Below, in pieces: positions 13,197 to 26,032 of a DNA stretch of 64,000 nt (its first letter is position 1; every line of letters starts with the position of its first letter). The notes below the pieces were generated by a model. That model ran no database searches. It had not been told where the DNA came from and saw only the letters and a list, made by a program, of their open reading frames with translations. This DNA comes from Stegostoma tigrinum (Eukaryota). Made by a program: the position numbers and the translations under genes. The DNA is taken from the NCBI RefSeq assembly GCF_030684315.1, contig NC_081398.1, positions 7,613,226 through 7,677,225 of the forward strand. The letters run 5' to 3'.

Positions 13197-13670
13197 CGCC
13201 ATGTTACCATGCTAACACTTCCATTGTAAACCTAGTGCAGTGTTCCATTTAGCCTCAGTGCAGACTCAGCAGAAAATGAGATGTTGTTCTACAACCTCCA
13301 GGACTCTATATCATGTTCAATAACTTTAGAATCTGATTGCATCTTTCCACGTTATTTAAACCCCTACCTCACGCCCAGTCATAAAGGGGTTACTATTAGC
13401 AAAGTCATCTGTTCCTGCATACTGCCAGGCCCATTATCAAATTCCACAGGTTGCATCTAGCACAGCTAACCTATTTTCCCTGCTCTTAGCTGTTCCTATC
13501 ACTTATTCAGCTTTTCTTTTGTCCTAGGTGCTAACAATTCTGATGAAGTCACTGAACTTAAAATGTTAATTCTGCTTTCTTCTCTCACATGCTGCTAGAA
13601 CTGCTGAGTTTCCCCAGCAATTTGATTTTCAGATCTGCAGCATCCACAATTCTTTGTTTTATTTTAACAT
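13085..13670 (+). mobile_element. Penelope-like element remnant (GIY-YIG fragment plus 3' end)
   Basis: tacattggaagacgaaacacaggctgggtgactgctttgtagagcat reads as a frameshifted YIG.TK.RLGD.F.EH; degenerate CTGATGA core at 13540. Confidence 0.7.
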
Positions 13671-13914
13671 ACCTTCAGGCTCCATTATTTACTTTACAGG
13701 ATTGCAAAACAATCTAAAATAAGCAAATCCATTAGCAGTGCTAAAAATAATTACTGTTAAGCCAGTACTTTGAAAGAAATTACCCTGCCTGCAGAAATAG
13801 TTAAAAGTTAATCATTAACTTCAGACATAGAAAATCCACCAGTTACTAACTCCAAATAAAACAGAAACCCAAACTCTTAACAAATAACGTTCAAAGTTGT
13901 CCATATAAATTGAA

Positions 13915-14230
13915 GGGCAGCACAGTGGCTCAGTGGTTAGCACTTCTGCCACACAGTGCCAGGGACCAAGCAAGGTTCCATTCCACCCTTGGGCAACTGT
14001 GTGGAGTTTGCGCATTATCCGTGTCTGCATGGGTTTCCTTCGGGTGCTCCGGTTTTCTCCCACAGTCCAAAGATTTGCAGGCTAGGTGGATCGGCCATGC
14101 TGAATTGCCCACAGTGTTAAGGGATGTGTAGATTATGTGGTTTATAGGAGGTTGGGTCTGGGTGGGATGCCTGAGGGTCAGCATGGACTTGTGGGGCCGA
14201 ATGGCCTATTCCCACACTGTAGGGATTCTG
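13915..14230 (+). mobile_element. HE1-like tRNA-derived V-SINE, about full length
   Basis: tRNA-like head (tggctcagtggttagc A box), V-domain-like gggtttccttcgggtgctccggtttt, CR1-like tail. Confidence 0.85.
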
Positions 14231-14392
14231 TGGGAAGTCCCATAGCTCTCGCCGCAGTATGTGGTAGTTCCATACTTTAGTACGGCTAGCTGAGAGCGCG
14301 AGTATGGCAGGCAATGCTAACCAATCATAAAGCAATTTTTTTTGTTGTTAGTAATTCTCTGTTTTCCAACTCCAAAATTTTTGTATCCACAG

Positions 14393-14433
14393 AGGTGACA
14401 GAAGATTTGAAAAACCTGGACGGAGAGATGGAG
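14393..14433 (+). CDS. GIGYF1: coding exon 6 (GDRRFEKPGRRDG), 41 nt
   Basis: ccacag| and |gtatgt; phase 2 in, phase 1 out, fits neighbours. Confidence 0.95.
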
Positions 14434-14701
14434 GTATGTTTGAACTATTGAGAAAATGAGTTTCATTTTGCATCCTTTCTGAGACAACATTTTTACAAGT
14501 TGATAAGAAATTTTATGTACTATTGGGGAAACATTTTTTCTGAATTAATCCAAATAGATCAATATGTCTAATTTTTAATGTCTTCTGTATGTAATGGTTC
14601 TTGTAATTTCAGTGTTAAAGATAATTGCAGATCTTTTGGCTGAGCGCGTTAGAACATTGGCTAAGCAAGTTAGAAGTCTCGTTGGGCTAGTTAGAAGTCC
14701 C

Positions 14702-15220
14702 ATTGGCCATTCTTAAGACAGGAGCCAAATTGAGGTTTTGGCTAGCTATAGATCCTCAGCTGACAGCTTGCCAGTAGATGGATGCTCAAAAGCAGCAGAG
14801 GTTTTAGAGAGTGATTCTTCCGTGTCCACCTCACAGGCAACAAAGACATTAACAGTGATTGCCCAGCTTGTTGTGATAATTGATCAGCTGATCGGCCATG
14901 GATAGGTAAACAATTCATTGGAGGACCCTGCACAGACATCCCTATTAACGATGATAAAAGGAGCCCCGTGCATTAGTCTGTTAAAAAAAACTGATACATT
15001 TGTAGTCATCCTCCACTGCATGTGCTGAGTGGGCAATCCATTTTGATTGAGATTCCCACCATCACAAGTGCCAGTTGTCAGCTGATGTGATTCGCTACTT
15101 GATATCAAATCTGGTACAGTATGTTGGAAGACGAAACGCAGGCTGGGTGACTGCTTTGTAAGACACCTGTGCTCTGATGGTAGAAATTTCCCAAGCTTCC
15201 ACCTGCCTGTTACTTCAACA
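14702..15220 (+). repeat. copy 2 of local duplication
   Basis: See 12652-13196. Confidence 0.9.
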
Positions 15221-15331
15221 AATTGGATTAAAAGTCTGACTTTATCTTCTTTCCCTCCCCACCCCCCCAACATTTCTTCTTCTTTTCTTCGTCCTCCTCT
15301 TCCTTCCTTTTCTCCTCCTCTTTCCTTTAAG

Positions 15332-15505
15332 TACGGGTAGGGTTTGAGGAAGTAGCTCCCACATCACGCAAGCAGGATTTTGCACGTTCTGACAGTGAGA
15401 ATTGGCGAGCCATTCGAGAAGAACAAAATGGTGAAGAGGAAGACGGAGGCTGGAGGACAGCCGGAGCAAGAAGAGAAGGCGAAAGGTGGCGGCCCCCGAG
15501 TCCAG
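15332..15505 (+). CDS. GIGYF1: coding exon 7 (VRVGFEE...RSDSENWR...RWRPPSP)
   Basis: about 90-nt pyrimidine tract then aag|; |gtacac; 174 nt. Confidence 0.93.
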
Positions 15506-15772
15506 GTACACCAGAAGGCCTGTTTCCAACTTGTACCAAATGTTTTTCCAAGTACCTTTCGCAGTGATTGATGTAGCAATAGTAGGGAAATTTATAGCAG
15601 GATTCACAGTCGAATTAAGGACTAGGATGGGCAGAGAGCAGTAATTATACGTCATAACCTTAAGGTAAGGAATAGTAAAAACACCTGGCCATTAAATTTC
15701 TTAATGACAATCATTAGGAAATGTACACATAGGTACTAAACTGACATAGCTGAAACATACTTTGAAATAATG

Positions 15773-15802
15773 GAGGGGTGGGTGGGGGTGGGGGGGGGGG
15801 GT
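15773..15802 (+). repeat. G-rich / poly-G tract
   Basis: gaggggtgggtgggggtg followed by a G run. Confidence 0.9.
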
Positions 15803-18180
15803 GCGGTGCAGGGCAATGATCTCTGTCACCAGAGGTTTTAAAAGGAATTGTGAATGACAAAGACTTTTCTGGAGGATTTGAAAGTGATTAAAACTATTAA
15901 CAGTAAACTGAAGTCATTCAAAGTGCATTTGTTTGAAGCACAGTATTAACAATTATGAATACAAATTCAAGAATGTAAAAGAGTTGGTTAAACTGCTTTC
16001 AATTCAATAATAACTGGAAAGTAAAGACAATAGGAAACCTAAGTACAGTAGCAATGAAGGAAAAGCAGCGAAGGTTTGAAGTCACCGACTTTTCTGTACG
16101 GGCAATTATGGTCACAAAGATGTGGAAATGGCTGATATGTTAAATGCATCAGCAGGTCAGGTCTAGGCCGGAAACGTCAGCTTTTGTGCTCCTGAGATGC
16201 TGCTTGGCCTGCTGTGTTCATCCAGCTCCACACTTTGCAGATACTGGAAAATCCAAGATAACAGTCTTCATTATCTATGTTAAATGTATCCTTTGGTAAA
16301 ATTGGGGCAGTAACAGCATAATAAAGCCATCTGTCTCTACAGAATTGGTGCTTCAGGTTTAAATAACCTTGGAGTGAATTAAAAGTATATGAATGAAGAA
16401 CAGACACCGAAGTTCTTGAGGCAATTAAGTATTCAGCATCTGTAACAAGTACTGGGGGCTGACAAAGGATTTCACTGAAAATTGTTGGAATGTAGACCAG
16501 GTGATAAAGTCAGTTGCCCAGAACTGATTTGCATAGCATTGAAAGTTTGTGGCTTTGTGAAAGGAGGCCATACCTGAATGAAGAGCATATTTGATTATGT
16601 AGTCAATGGCATGACCACCAGCAAGAAAGTAAGCATATCTAACTTGAGATTTAGTCAGGTCTTTTGATTTTGGTGCCCTATGGAACCAAGAAGGATTGAG
16701 TCGGGATTGAATGATAGGAAACAAAGGTCCCTGTAAACTTGCAGATTTTAAGTTTTTGATTAAACGGAGAGTATAGCCAACAATGGGAAGGAAAACAGAA
16801 GCTTGTTGTGGCCCCTAAGGCTGTGGCAGTGAACTGCAGTCTTGTGCTGCTACAGTCCATGATGCTGTAGGGAGGGAGTTCCAGAGTTCTGACCCAGCAA
16901 CAGTAAAGAAACCATTGAATTTAGTTCCAAATCACGGTAGTGTCAGACATCCAAGGTGAACTTACTGGCAGTAGAAGTCACAGGTTGGAAGGTGCAGCCA
17001 AAGAAAGTTGATGTGATGAGTAAAGTGCCCTCTGCCTTTTGGCTGGGTGCCTAGAGGAAATTAGTTTGGACCTTCTCCATTAGCTCTATCATTAATCATC
17101 AGATGGTTTGAAATTTGACTTTGAAGTGTTATCTCAGGTAATGGATAGGAAAGGTTTGAAGGCATATGGGCCAAATACAGGTAAATGGGACTGAATTAGT
17201 TGGGCTAAAGGGTCTATTTCCATGCTGGATAAATCTATGTCTCTAATCAGCGGGTGGTTGTGTGCAGTAGAAGTTTATGTATGTATGTACAGACCCATAT
17301 GCATATGCACATGTGAATAATGGAGAAGTTTATGGAGGAAATTCCAGAGTTTTGGACCAAGGAAACAAAATCCAGGTCCAACAATCACAGACTGATTAAA
17401 ATTGAGGATGCACGAGAAGCCAGAATTTGAGAACCAGAGAATTCTTGGAGTGCTGTAGGACTGGAGAAAGTTACAGAGATAGAATTATTTAAATGAACAT
17501 TAAGGAAGGAGGATTTTCAGTCCACAGAGGGGCAGAGGAATTTCAATGCAGAATTTGAATTTAAAAAGCATTGGTAACAAGAACTTTTCTCACGAGTCTG
17601 TGGAAGCAAGCAATTTGGAAAAAAAAACATGTCAGTTGCTGTGGATGTTTACATCCTCACAAGACACTTTCAGTTACAGTGTTCATGCAAATTTTAAGAT
17701 GTATTATTGTTTAGTTCAGAATGAAAACATTAGGCCAGATTTTCGGAGGAGTGTAATCACAGTCATATTGCATCTACTTTTTTTTTCCCATTAAGACATA
17801 AGACATACAATTCAGGCAGGAGATCCCAATCACAGCTACTTCAAAAATGCAGACCTCACCTTAAATCCAACTGTGTTCTTCAGAATAACTGGGCAGGACA
17901 GTATACATTTTTCACAATGGAAGTTACCCCATTATGTGATTTAAATGTCCCACAGCACAGACAGCCACTTTCATAGCTCCTGTGAAAGGTAAGTATGTAA
18001 GCAAAGTGTGAGATCTTGGGGTGCAAGAGTAGTGTCCGTATCTCTAGCCAGGGGACCCAGATCCAAATCTGACCTTTCCCAGACATGTATCGTAAAATCC
18101 CTGAACATATTGAATCAATCTTTGATTATAAGGTAAGTATGGGGTTAGGGTGCCAATTGAGTCCAGTGCCAGGTGGGGTG

Positions 18181-18530
18181 GAATCACAGAATCCCTACAG
18201 TGAAAGCTGGCCATTTGGCCCATCAAGTCCATACCCACCATCTGGGGAGCGTTCCACCCAGACCCATCCTCCTATCCTATCACCTGGCATTTCCCGTGGC
18301 TAATCCTTCTGGCCTGCACGTCCCTGGACACTATGGGAAATTTGGCATGGCCAATCCACCTAACCTGCATGTTTTTGGACTGAGAGGAAATCAGAATACC
18401 TGGAGGAAACCCACACAGACAGGGGGAGAATGTGCAAGCTCTGTACAGACAGTTGCCCAAGGGTGGAATCAAGCCTGGTTCCCTGGTGCTGTGAGGCAGC
18501 CATGCTAACCACTGAGGACCATGCTGCCCA
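18181..18530 (-). mobile_element. HE1-like SINE, reverse orientation
   Basis: Reverse-complement similarity to 13915-14230 (ctaaccactgag...tgctgccc head). Confidence 0.85.
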
Positions 18531-19171
18531 AAACCCGAATGCCAGGAGGGCAAGGTGGGTCCGTTGCCAGATACACTGTGAAGCATTTTGGGGTGGGGCA
18601 GGGTAGGGGGTAGTGGCAGGTTTTGGATCAATGGAGAGAATTTTGGTATGCTGTGTCCAGCAAGTTGGAGGTGAATTGTTGTTTCTGGCAGTGTAAGGGA
18701 GTTAGGCATGGTTGCCAGGGAGAATGGATTTTTGGGTCCAGAAGGGGTGGAAAGGTGTTGAGTCCAGTGGTGGGTTGGGTTTGAGAAGGTCCTGATCAGG
18801 AGAGGAGGTGTTGGTTGAGCTGGTTTAAGGGATCTTGGTGAGATATGTTTGGAGATACTGAATGTTGAGTTGGAGGTTCAGTTTAATAGTTAGTGGAGAG
18901 TTATACTAGGTCTTTCACCTTATAACATTTTCCGGGTAGCTATTTACCTTCCAAATTGTCTAATTTAAATGGATACTTTTGAGGGTCCTACATGAGGGAA
19001 GTTGCCCATAAGGGTGTACAATTTCACAGCCAATTGCCTCATCACCATTGTGGATTCCACAGGTTTCTGATGGGCAACCTCCATCTACGTTACAGAAATG
19101 ACTCCTTGGCCATTGGAAGATCTCAGGCCATTTATATTTTTATTAAAACAAATAATTAAAAGGCAATTAAA

Positions 19172-19368
19172 AGTAAGGGAATGGAACGCTTTGCCTGCAA
19201 CGGTAGTAGATTTGCCAACTTTAGGTACATTTAAGTCGTCATTGGATAAGCATATGGACGTACATGGAATAGTGTAGGTAAGATGGGCTTCAGATCGTTA
19301 TGACAGGTTGGCACTACATCGAGGGCTGAAGGGCCTGTACTGTGCTGTAATGTTCTATGTTCTATGTT
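19172..19368 (+). mobile_element. CR1 3'-end fragment, same subfamily as 8131-9562
   Basis: Closely matches 9370-9562; tail gttctatgttctatg. Confidence 0.9.
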
Positions 19369-19663
19369 ACTTCAAAGGGGAGATGTTTTGTAGGTACAAT
19401 AGATACTTCTGTCTTGGCTAATGTGCAGGAGAAGAGCAAGCTTTAAACTGTATATGAGCTGTTCTGTATATAAACCCATCCTGGGATTTGATGGGACAAT
19501 CTTGCAAGATATTTTTCTGCATCGATTTCTACTGTGGCAACTGTGATGCTAGAAACTGGCATTGGATACAGTGAGGTCTTCGTACTTTTTCCCAGTTGAA
19601 AAGCTGATATATATCCATGCCACTGTGTGTGTCCCCCCACTCTGAACCTTGCCATTATTCCAG

Positions 19664-19881
19664 ATGGTCCTCGCTCAGCAGGCTGGAGGGACCATGCTGA
19701 TCGGCGGCGACGGTTTGACTTTGACTTCCGGGAACGAGATGAGGAGCGTACCTACAGAAGGGGCAGAACAGGTAGCGGAAGCTATGAGGATGAGAAGGAT
19801 AATTTACCCGAGTGGTGCCTAGAAGATGCAGAAGAGGAAATGGGGACGTTTGATTCATCTGGAGCTTTCATGTCATTAAAG
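19664..19881 (+). CDS. GIGYF1: coding exon 8 (DGPRSAGWR...LPEWCLED...GTFDSSGAFMSLK), with DDX6/Me31B-binding motif
   Basis: ttccag| and |gtacag, 218 nt; PEW...FDxSGxF motif. Confidence 0.97.
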
Positions 19882-21084
19882 GTACAGAACATTTAACCCT
19901 TCAAGTGGGATGACGGAGGAGTAGATGTACTTTGCAGATGTGTTTTTGTGCATGTTCTGTAGGCAATGTTTTCTCAGCCATCTAGGGTTTGAATAGACAA
20001 CTGTGTAATTATTTCTGTTGAATGAGACCTCCAGATCCCTCCCTTTAAATTTGGTGGCCCTGAGTTTTGCTGGTGTATTTTCCCCACAGGTACTACGATT
20101 TTGTTTTGTATTCCTTCATGAGGTGTTGGTCTTGGATTTATTGTCCATCCCTTTCACAGCCCACCATGTTGCTGTGGGTCTTGGGTAATATGTAGGTAAG
20201 ATTATGTAGCTTAGGTAAGGATGGCAGATTTTCTTGAAATCACAGATCCAACCAGATGAATTTTTACACCAATCCACAGTCATTCTATAATCATCATTAG
20301 ACTCTTAAATTCAATAGAAATTGAGAATTAAATCCTACCATCTGCCATGGTGGGATTTGAGACCAGGTCCCAGAACACCACCTGGGTTATTTTCAATTCC
20401 AGATTTACTAATTGAATTTAAATCCCATCACCTGTCTTGATGGAATTTGAATCAGTATCCCAAGTTCATTAAGCAGTTTAGGCCTTTGATTTGCTTGTAT
20501 AGTGACATTCTCAATATGCCATTATGTCTCAGTGCCTTGCCCAAGCAGTTAGGGGTGGATAGAAATTAATGGACTGACTTTACAGTTGACTCCTGTCTTG
20601 CACTCATCCAGTGCCATTTTTGCATGTGTGCACTGGAGCCCTATTTGATTTGCACACTTTTAACCTTCTCTTGTCTCGGACCAACTGTTATGTGCCAGTG
20701 TATTGAGCTGAGGTGTGCTAGATCCAGTGCAGAGTTTAAATCACATCAGAGTCTTTTGGTCTTTAAATGAGAAGGTAAAAAAGTTCACCATATCAATACT
20801 GGGGCTAATAGGACTTAATTGTAAAGATAGGTTGCAACTGATCAAAGAGACAGCAGTTTCAAAAGGCCAACTCCTGCTCTTAATTTGTATGCCTGCAGAC
20901 TCTTTCTTTTCGTTTAGAAGATTAAAGAAAATGAGATGTTTCTGATTGGAATTGATTGCGTTAATGGGAAGAAGCTATTTTCTTTGATGGGAGAACTCCA
21001 GAACAAGGGAGGACAGAATCATCAGATTAGAGCTTTCAAGAATCCCCTCCTCATTTGGAAGGGAGCAGACATCTGAAAAGCTCT

Positions 21085-21186
21085 CCTCCCCCCCCTCCCC
21101 CCCCCCTCCTCCTCCTCCCCCTCCCCCCTCCTCCCCCTCCCCCCCCCCCCCCCCCCCCCCCTCCTCGTCTCACCCACCCACCCACC
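21085..21186 (+). repeat. C-rich / poly-C tract
   Basis: About 100 nt, mostly C with interspersed T. Confidence 0.9.
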
Positions 21187-21624
21187 AAAAATGTCACTTA
21201 GAAGTCTGAAAGTCTCAGCACCAAGGAATTATGTTAGGCAAGGACATTAGGTATTGCAGAACCCATCTGTTTGGATGGAGTGAAAATGCAAATCAGAGGA
21301 TCTGACTGGCCCCCTGTTTATTTGTCAGGCTTTGTGATGCTCTAAGTATTAACAGAGCACTTACTGCTTTGCAGGCTAGCTGAGGCAAGTGGCATCAGCA
21401 CACTTTAAAGGGAGGCTAGTGCTCATATATGAAGAAAATAAAAGATGAGTTAAGATGGAACTGTCCCATGTGCAGTGCAAACACCAGCTCACACCTACTG
21501 GGCCTAATCACTTGTTTCTGGTCTGTAATTTCTATTTAATGTATTTCATGCAGCTTTCTGCTAACCACCCATCTAGTTTCTTGTGTTGTTTTCCTAGCTG
21601 ATTCTTAATTGCTGTGTTAAACAG

Positions 21625-21760
21625 AAAGGTTCCAAAGAACCAATTCCTGAAGAGCAGGAGCTGGAATTTCGAGGAGTAGATGAGTTGGATGAACGACCAG
21701 AAAATGAATATGATATGGATTTCTATAAAGAGCCTGATAGGACTGAAAACGAGGATGCAG
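21625..21760 (+). CDS. GIGYF1: coding exon 9 (KGSKEPIPEEQELEF...)
   Basis: aaacag| and |gtaacc, 136 nt; KEPIPEEQE conserved. Confidence 0.95.
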
Positions 21761-22896
21761 GTAACCAGACTAATATGTGTTAGTGCTAGCGTCTAGCCTC
21801 ACTGTTACAGATAACAACAATTCAGTTCATACTCAGGATTCACTACCTCAATATTTTCTCACTGCAAGCACCTCTTAAGTTTTTCTCCCTCCGTGTTCCC
21901 TTGCCCCTGCAACTCACTCAAGCCAAATGTAAGCACTTGATGGCATGGAGTGGGGGGCTGAGGGAAACCATGGAGACAGATGGGTGTCAAGCCCAACCTT
22001 CGTGGAGGGTGATGGTGCAAATAGAACTGCACTGGAGCAGCCCTGATAACCAAGAGAGCAGTAAATGTATTGATTTACAGCAAGGTGCCTGCCTCTACAG
22101 GGGCAATCTCTTTGAACGGCAAACAGAAAGAATGAACTTGTGCTCCAGATTGCAGTGTTGAAGGGTGCTGAGGGCACCAAGTGGCAGTATAAGGAATAGA
22201 TTTCCTTTGCACTGAACAGTACTCTGATCTTCTCTGGGTGACCAGATGGGTGGGATGAAATAGTAATGACAGGTCAGTTAACTGTGGTGGGAGTAACAAT
22301 TGAGCTGTCACAACCCCTGACTTGCATCTTTAAGCAGAAGTCCCATCACAGCTCATTGCTAACTTGGAGTTATAGTCTTTCTGCACAGAAACATCCTTTA
22401 CTAACTCATCTGTGCCCCTCTCACCTCAACCCATGCCTCTGATTCTGGATTCCCTGTTCCTGAGGGGGTTAGGGGGTAAGCTCTGGTTGTTTACCCGGCA
22501 CATACCCCTCATGATTTAATAAATCTTGATAAGTTCATCCCTCAACACCCTATTCTCCAGGGAGAAAAGTCCTAGCTTACCCAGCCTCTCCTTATTTCCA
22601 GTTTCAGTAACAGTTCTGTAAGTATTTTTTGCACCCTTTCCAGTTTAATAACATCCTTCCTATAGCAGAGTGACCAGAACTGTATGCAATACTCCAGGTG
22701 AGGGTAACTCGTCCAGTTGGTATTGCTTTTGCTGTCTCGCTCATACATTCATCCATGTTGCAAATTGGTCAAGGACTGCTCGAGGCAGTGATTTCACTTT
22801 TCTCTCTCTCCATTTTGGGGAGCTCTTCAAATTTAATCCATGTGACTGCCAGTCCTCAAGGATCTCACTGCTGAATAACTTCTGTCTTCACAATAG

Positions 22897-23091
22897 ACAA
22901 AACAGATCTTCCAGCTGAGGTTTGCAATGGCAAAATATCGCCATCATGCTCATCATCCTCTCCATCAGAGTCACAGGCCCAGGAGGTTTTTCTCGCGGTA
23001 CCAGAAGAGTGTGAACCTAGTGCGCACAGGGCAGAACCTGACATGGTGGACTCTGCATCAGATGCTCCAGGACAGAGCAAACCTGCTGATG
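22897..23091 (+). CDS. GIGYF1: coding exon 10 (low-complexity linker DKTDLPAE...SKPAD)
   Basis: caatag| and |gtatga, 195 nt open, phase 1-1. Poorly conserved, supported by splice signals and frame only; exact acceptor uncertain. Confidence 0.75.
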
Positions 23092-25510
23092 GTATGAAAT
23101 TCTGTTAATGACTAATTGTTATCAAAGTCCATGTAAAGGCAATCTGCAGAGCTTTACACATAATGTCATAAGTCTGGAAATGTGTAGTCCTGTACCATTA
23201 TTCAATTTATGTATGCACGCTCACCATTGAACATTCCTTCTTTCAGATTTTAGTAATCTATAGTATTTTCTATTTCTGTTATCACCTGGATTTGGTTGAT
23301 GCGCAAAAGAATGCCAAAAATTGACATGGAGTTCATTCATCCTCTCAACACATGCACGCTTTAGTTACCATTGAAAATCTACTGTATTGTAGATATATAT
23401 TGTCTGCAGTTTGCCCTCTCTAAGCTGTATGGTTGGATGGCACCATAGCAGTCAACAACAGATGGGCTGTGCAGAGTTTTCTTTCAAAATGTATGCAGCA
23501 AAGTCATGCAGCCACCTTGAGGGGACCACGGTGTGCAACACACAACTTGCAAAAGGATTGGAGGGAATTTCATAGCTTGCGCCTGATTTTGTGTGTCTTA
23601 TATGTTTAAATATATATCCAGTCACTTCACCAAGAACCACCATTCCTTTTCCCTGTTAGCAGCTTTTCAGTTCTCCCAATTTGTCAATGCATTAGCTTGA
23701 TTCCCGGCAGCACACTAACATCTTGTGTATACAGGAGCCTCCAGACACACACAGCATGTAACAGCACCCCCATACGCGTATTTGTAGTTTTGAGTACTTC
23801 TGTCACGACAGCAAGAGCTGCAATACTCCCCAGGTCCCTTCCCCATCTCTTGAGGAAGATCTGATAATTGTGTCCTCACAAGAGATCAGTCAATTGTGAA
23901 ACATTTAGTGATTTGCTCAGTATAATCTAAAAATTCTATATCGTTCTATGGGGAGCCAGCATGGACGAGATGGACTAACTGACTTTCTTTTGTGCTCCTG
24001 TGACTCTGACCTCATGACTCGAATTTTTTTAATGCGTTGGGCTTAACTGTCCACATCAGTATTTGCATGCCTAACTGGACCTTGGAGAAGATCAGCATGG
24101 TGTTGTAAATACTTAAATGATATTGGCACATTTCAAACATTCCCTGCAGTGATGGTTATCTGGAGAGGAAGCCATGCGTTTATTGAACACTTTCACAGCT
24201 ACAGGATGTCCCAAAGTATTTCGAAACCAATAAAATACCTTTTTAAAGAGCAGTCACAGCTGTAACGGGAAATGTCACTACAGCAATGAAATGGCAGACT
24301 GGTTATCTTGAGAGTGTAATATTGGGCAGGGTACAGATAGAACCTCTGTCTCCTGTTGGGACGTTTAACATCCACTGGAAGAGGCAGTTCAGAAGCACCT
24401 TGTATACATACAGGTGTTGACCCCAACTTTCAGCCAAGAATTCCTTGGTCATTAAATGTATTGCATGCGCGTGTTGCTTCCTGACTTTTGCCCCAGTGAT
24501 CCTGAATTTTCCATCTACTTCATGCCCGTTTTGAGAGTGGTTTGGTGGGAATAATCCACTGGCTTTTTTAAAATCATAATAGCTGTACTGTTATTTAAAC
24601 TGTCAAAAAATAGATAGCACAGGGCAGCTGTTCGTTGCTGAATTCAGAACTATGGCCAGCAGCCACTGGAAACATTGTTAGTATTAGTAGTTCTTTAGGT
24701 CTGGCTTTAATTTCTCAACCCTTCTAAAAACATTATTCACGTACGTACTTATTGCCTAAAATATTGGTCACAAAGACTCAATCCTTTTGGGAGTACAGTA
24801 CTCCCTCAATCCTACATTGTAATGTCTGCTTAACTGTGTGGGCCAATTTAAAAAGGAAACTGCCTGTATTTATATTGCAACTTCTATGATCACTTGGTGT
24901 CCCAAGGCATCCTCAGCCAGTAGCCACTGTAACCAGCAGAGTGGGCTCTAGCCCTTCGGCGTATAAACCCAATTGTAGCAGGCCCGTTGTCCAGCCTCTG
25001 GTCTGAAGGAATTTGTCCCTTTGTTTTAAGTTTCCAGTTTGTTAAAGTGAAAATATTTTAATTGACAATTTTAGTAAATTGCACCACTTGTTGAAGAGAA
25101 TCATTGCTAAATTGGGTGGAACTGTGTAGAAATTGTTAGCAGTTTTCATGAAAGCAAAAAATGATATAGTGCAGAAGGGGGTGCTGTTCAGCCATTAGAT
25201 TTGCACAGACTATTTGGATGGAATCCAGTTACCATTACTCGCCTACTCTTTCCCTAAATCCTAGCAACTTCTAAAATGTTTTCTTTTAAATGTGGTTCTG
25301 CCAACACAATCTTTAGCCAGCTATAGGAGTGGAGTAAGAATGGCTTTGCTGATAGGCCCTCATTTATTATTGAGATGCAGAAAAAAACCCTGGGAATTGA
25401 AAATGAAAGCCGAAAATACTGGAAATGCATAAGACTGGTAGCTAGAAAGGGCATTTTAGGTGTGACCATTAAGTATTTTATGAAAAGTGGAACAGACTAA
25501 GAGATAACCC

Positions 25511-25705
25511 AGAGATAGTAGGAGCTGCAGATGCTGGCGAATCTGAGATAACAAGGTGTAGAGCTGGATGAACACAGCAGGCCAGGCAGCATCAGAGGAG
25601 CAGGAAAGCTGATGTTTCTGAAGAAGGTTCTAGGCATGAAACGTCAGCTTTCCTGCTCCTCAGATGCTGCTTGGCCTGCTGTGTTCATCCAGCTCTCTAC
25701 ACCTT
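25511..25705. mobile_element. Penelope-derived fold-back element
   Basis: Inverted arms of about 65 bp around ctgaagaaggttctaggcatgaaacgtc. Confidence 0.75.
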
Positions 25706-25874
25706 CTTAAATAAGAAAGAACCCAGGCCATTTGTCATCTTTTAGGTGTGGTTATCCAGCATTTTTGCCCTTTTAATTGCTATTTTTCTTCTCTCTCCCT
25801 TTCCTTTGGGGAAATAAACTGTTCTGAGTCCTTACCTTTTTGCTTCACTTGGTCATGTTTTGCTTCTCTCACAG

Positions 25875-26032
25875 ATGCTGTGAATCTGGGCCAAACTGCT
25901 CAGCTAAGCCCTGCAACAGTGTCCACATTATCATCGTCCTCGCCTTCCTCTTCTCCTCCCTATCCCAGCACCGTTGCCGAATTTGCACCAGTGGACAATG
26001 ACGACGATGATGGGATGAAACGTTTTGAACAG
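25875..26032 (+). CDS. GIGYF1: coding exon 11 (DAVNLG...DDDDGMKRFEQ)
   Basis: tcacag| and |gtaagg, 158 nt. Confidence 0.92.

Noticed and set aside
13915-13995. tRNA gene
   Set aside because: tRNA-like head of a SINE, with a degenerate B box and SINE body following.
15506-21624. Nested antisense KCNJ13 as in mammalian GIGYF2
   Set aside because: No Kir-like ORF or pore signature in the ORF track for these or other introns.
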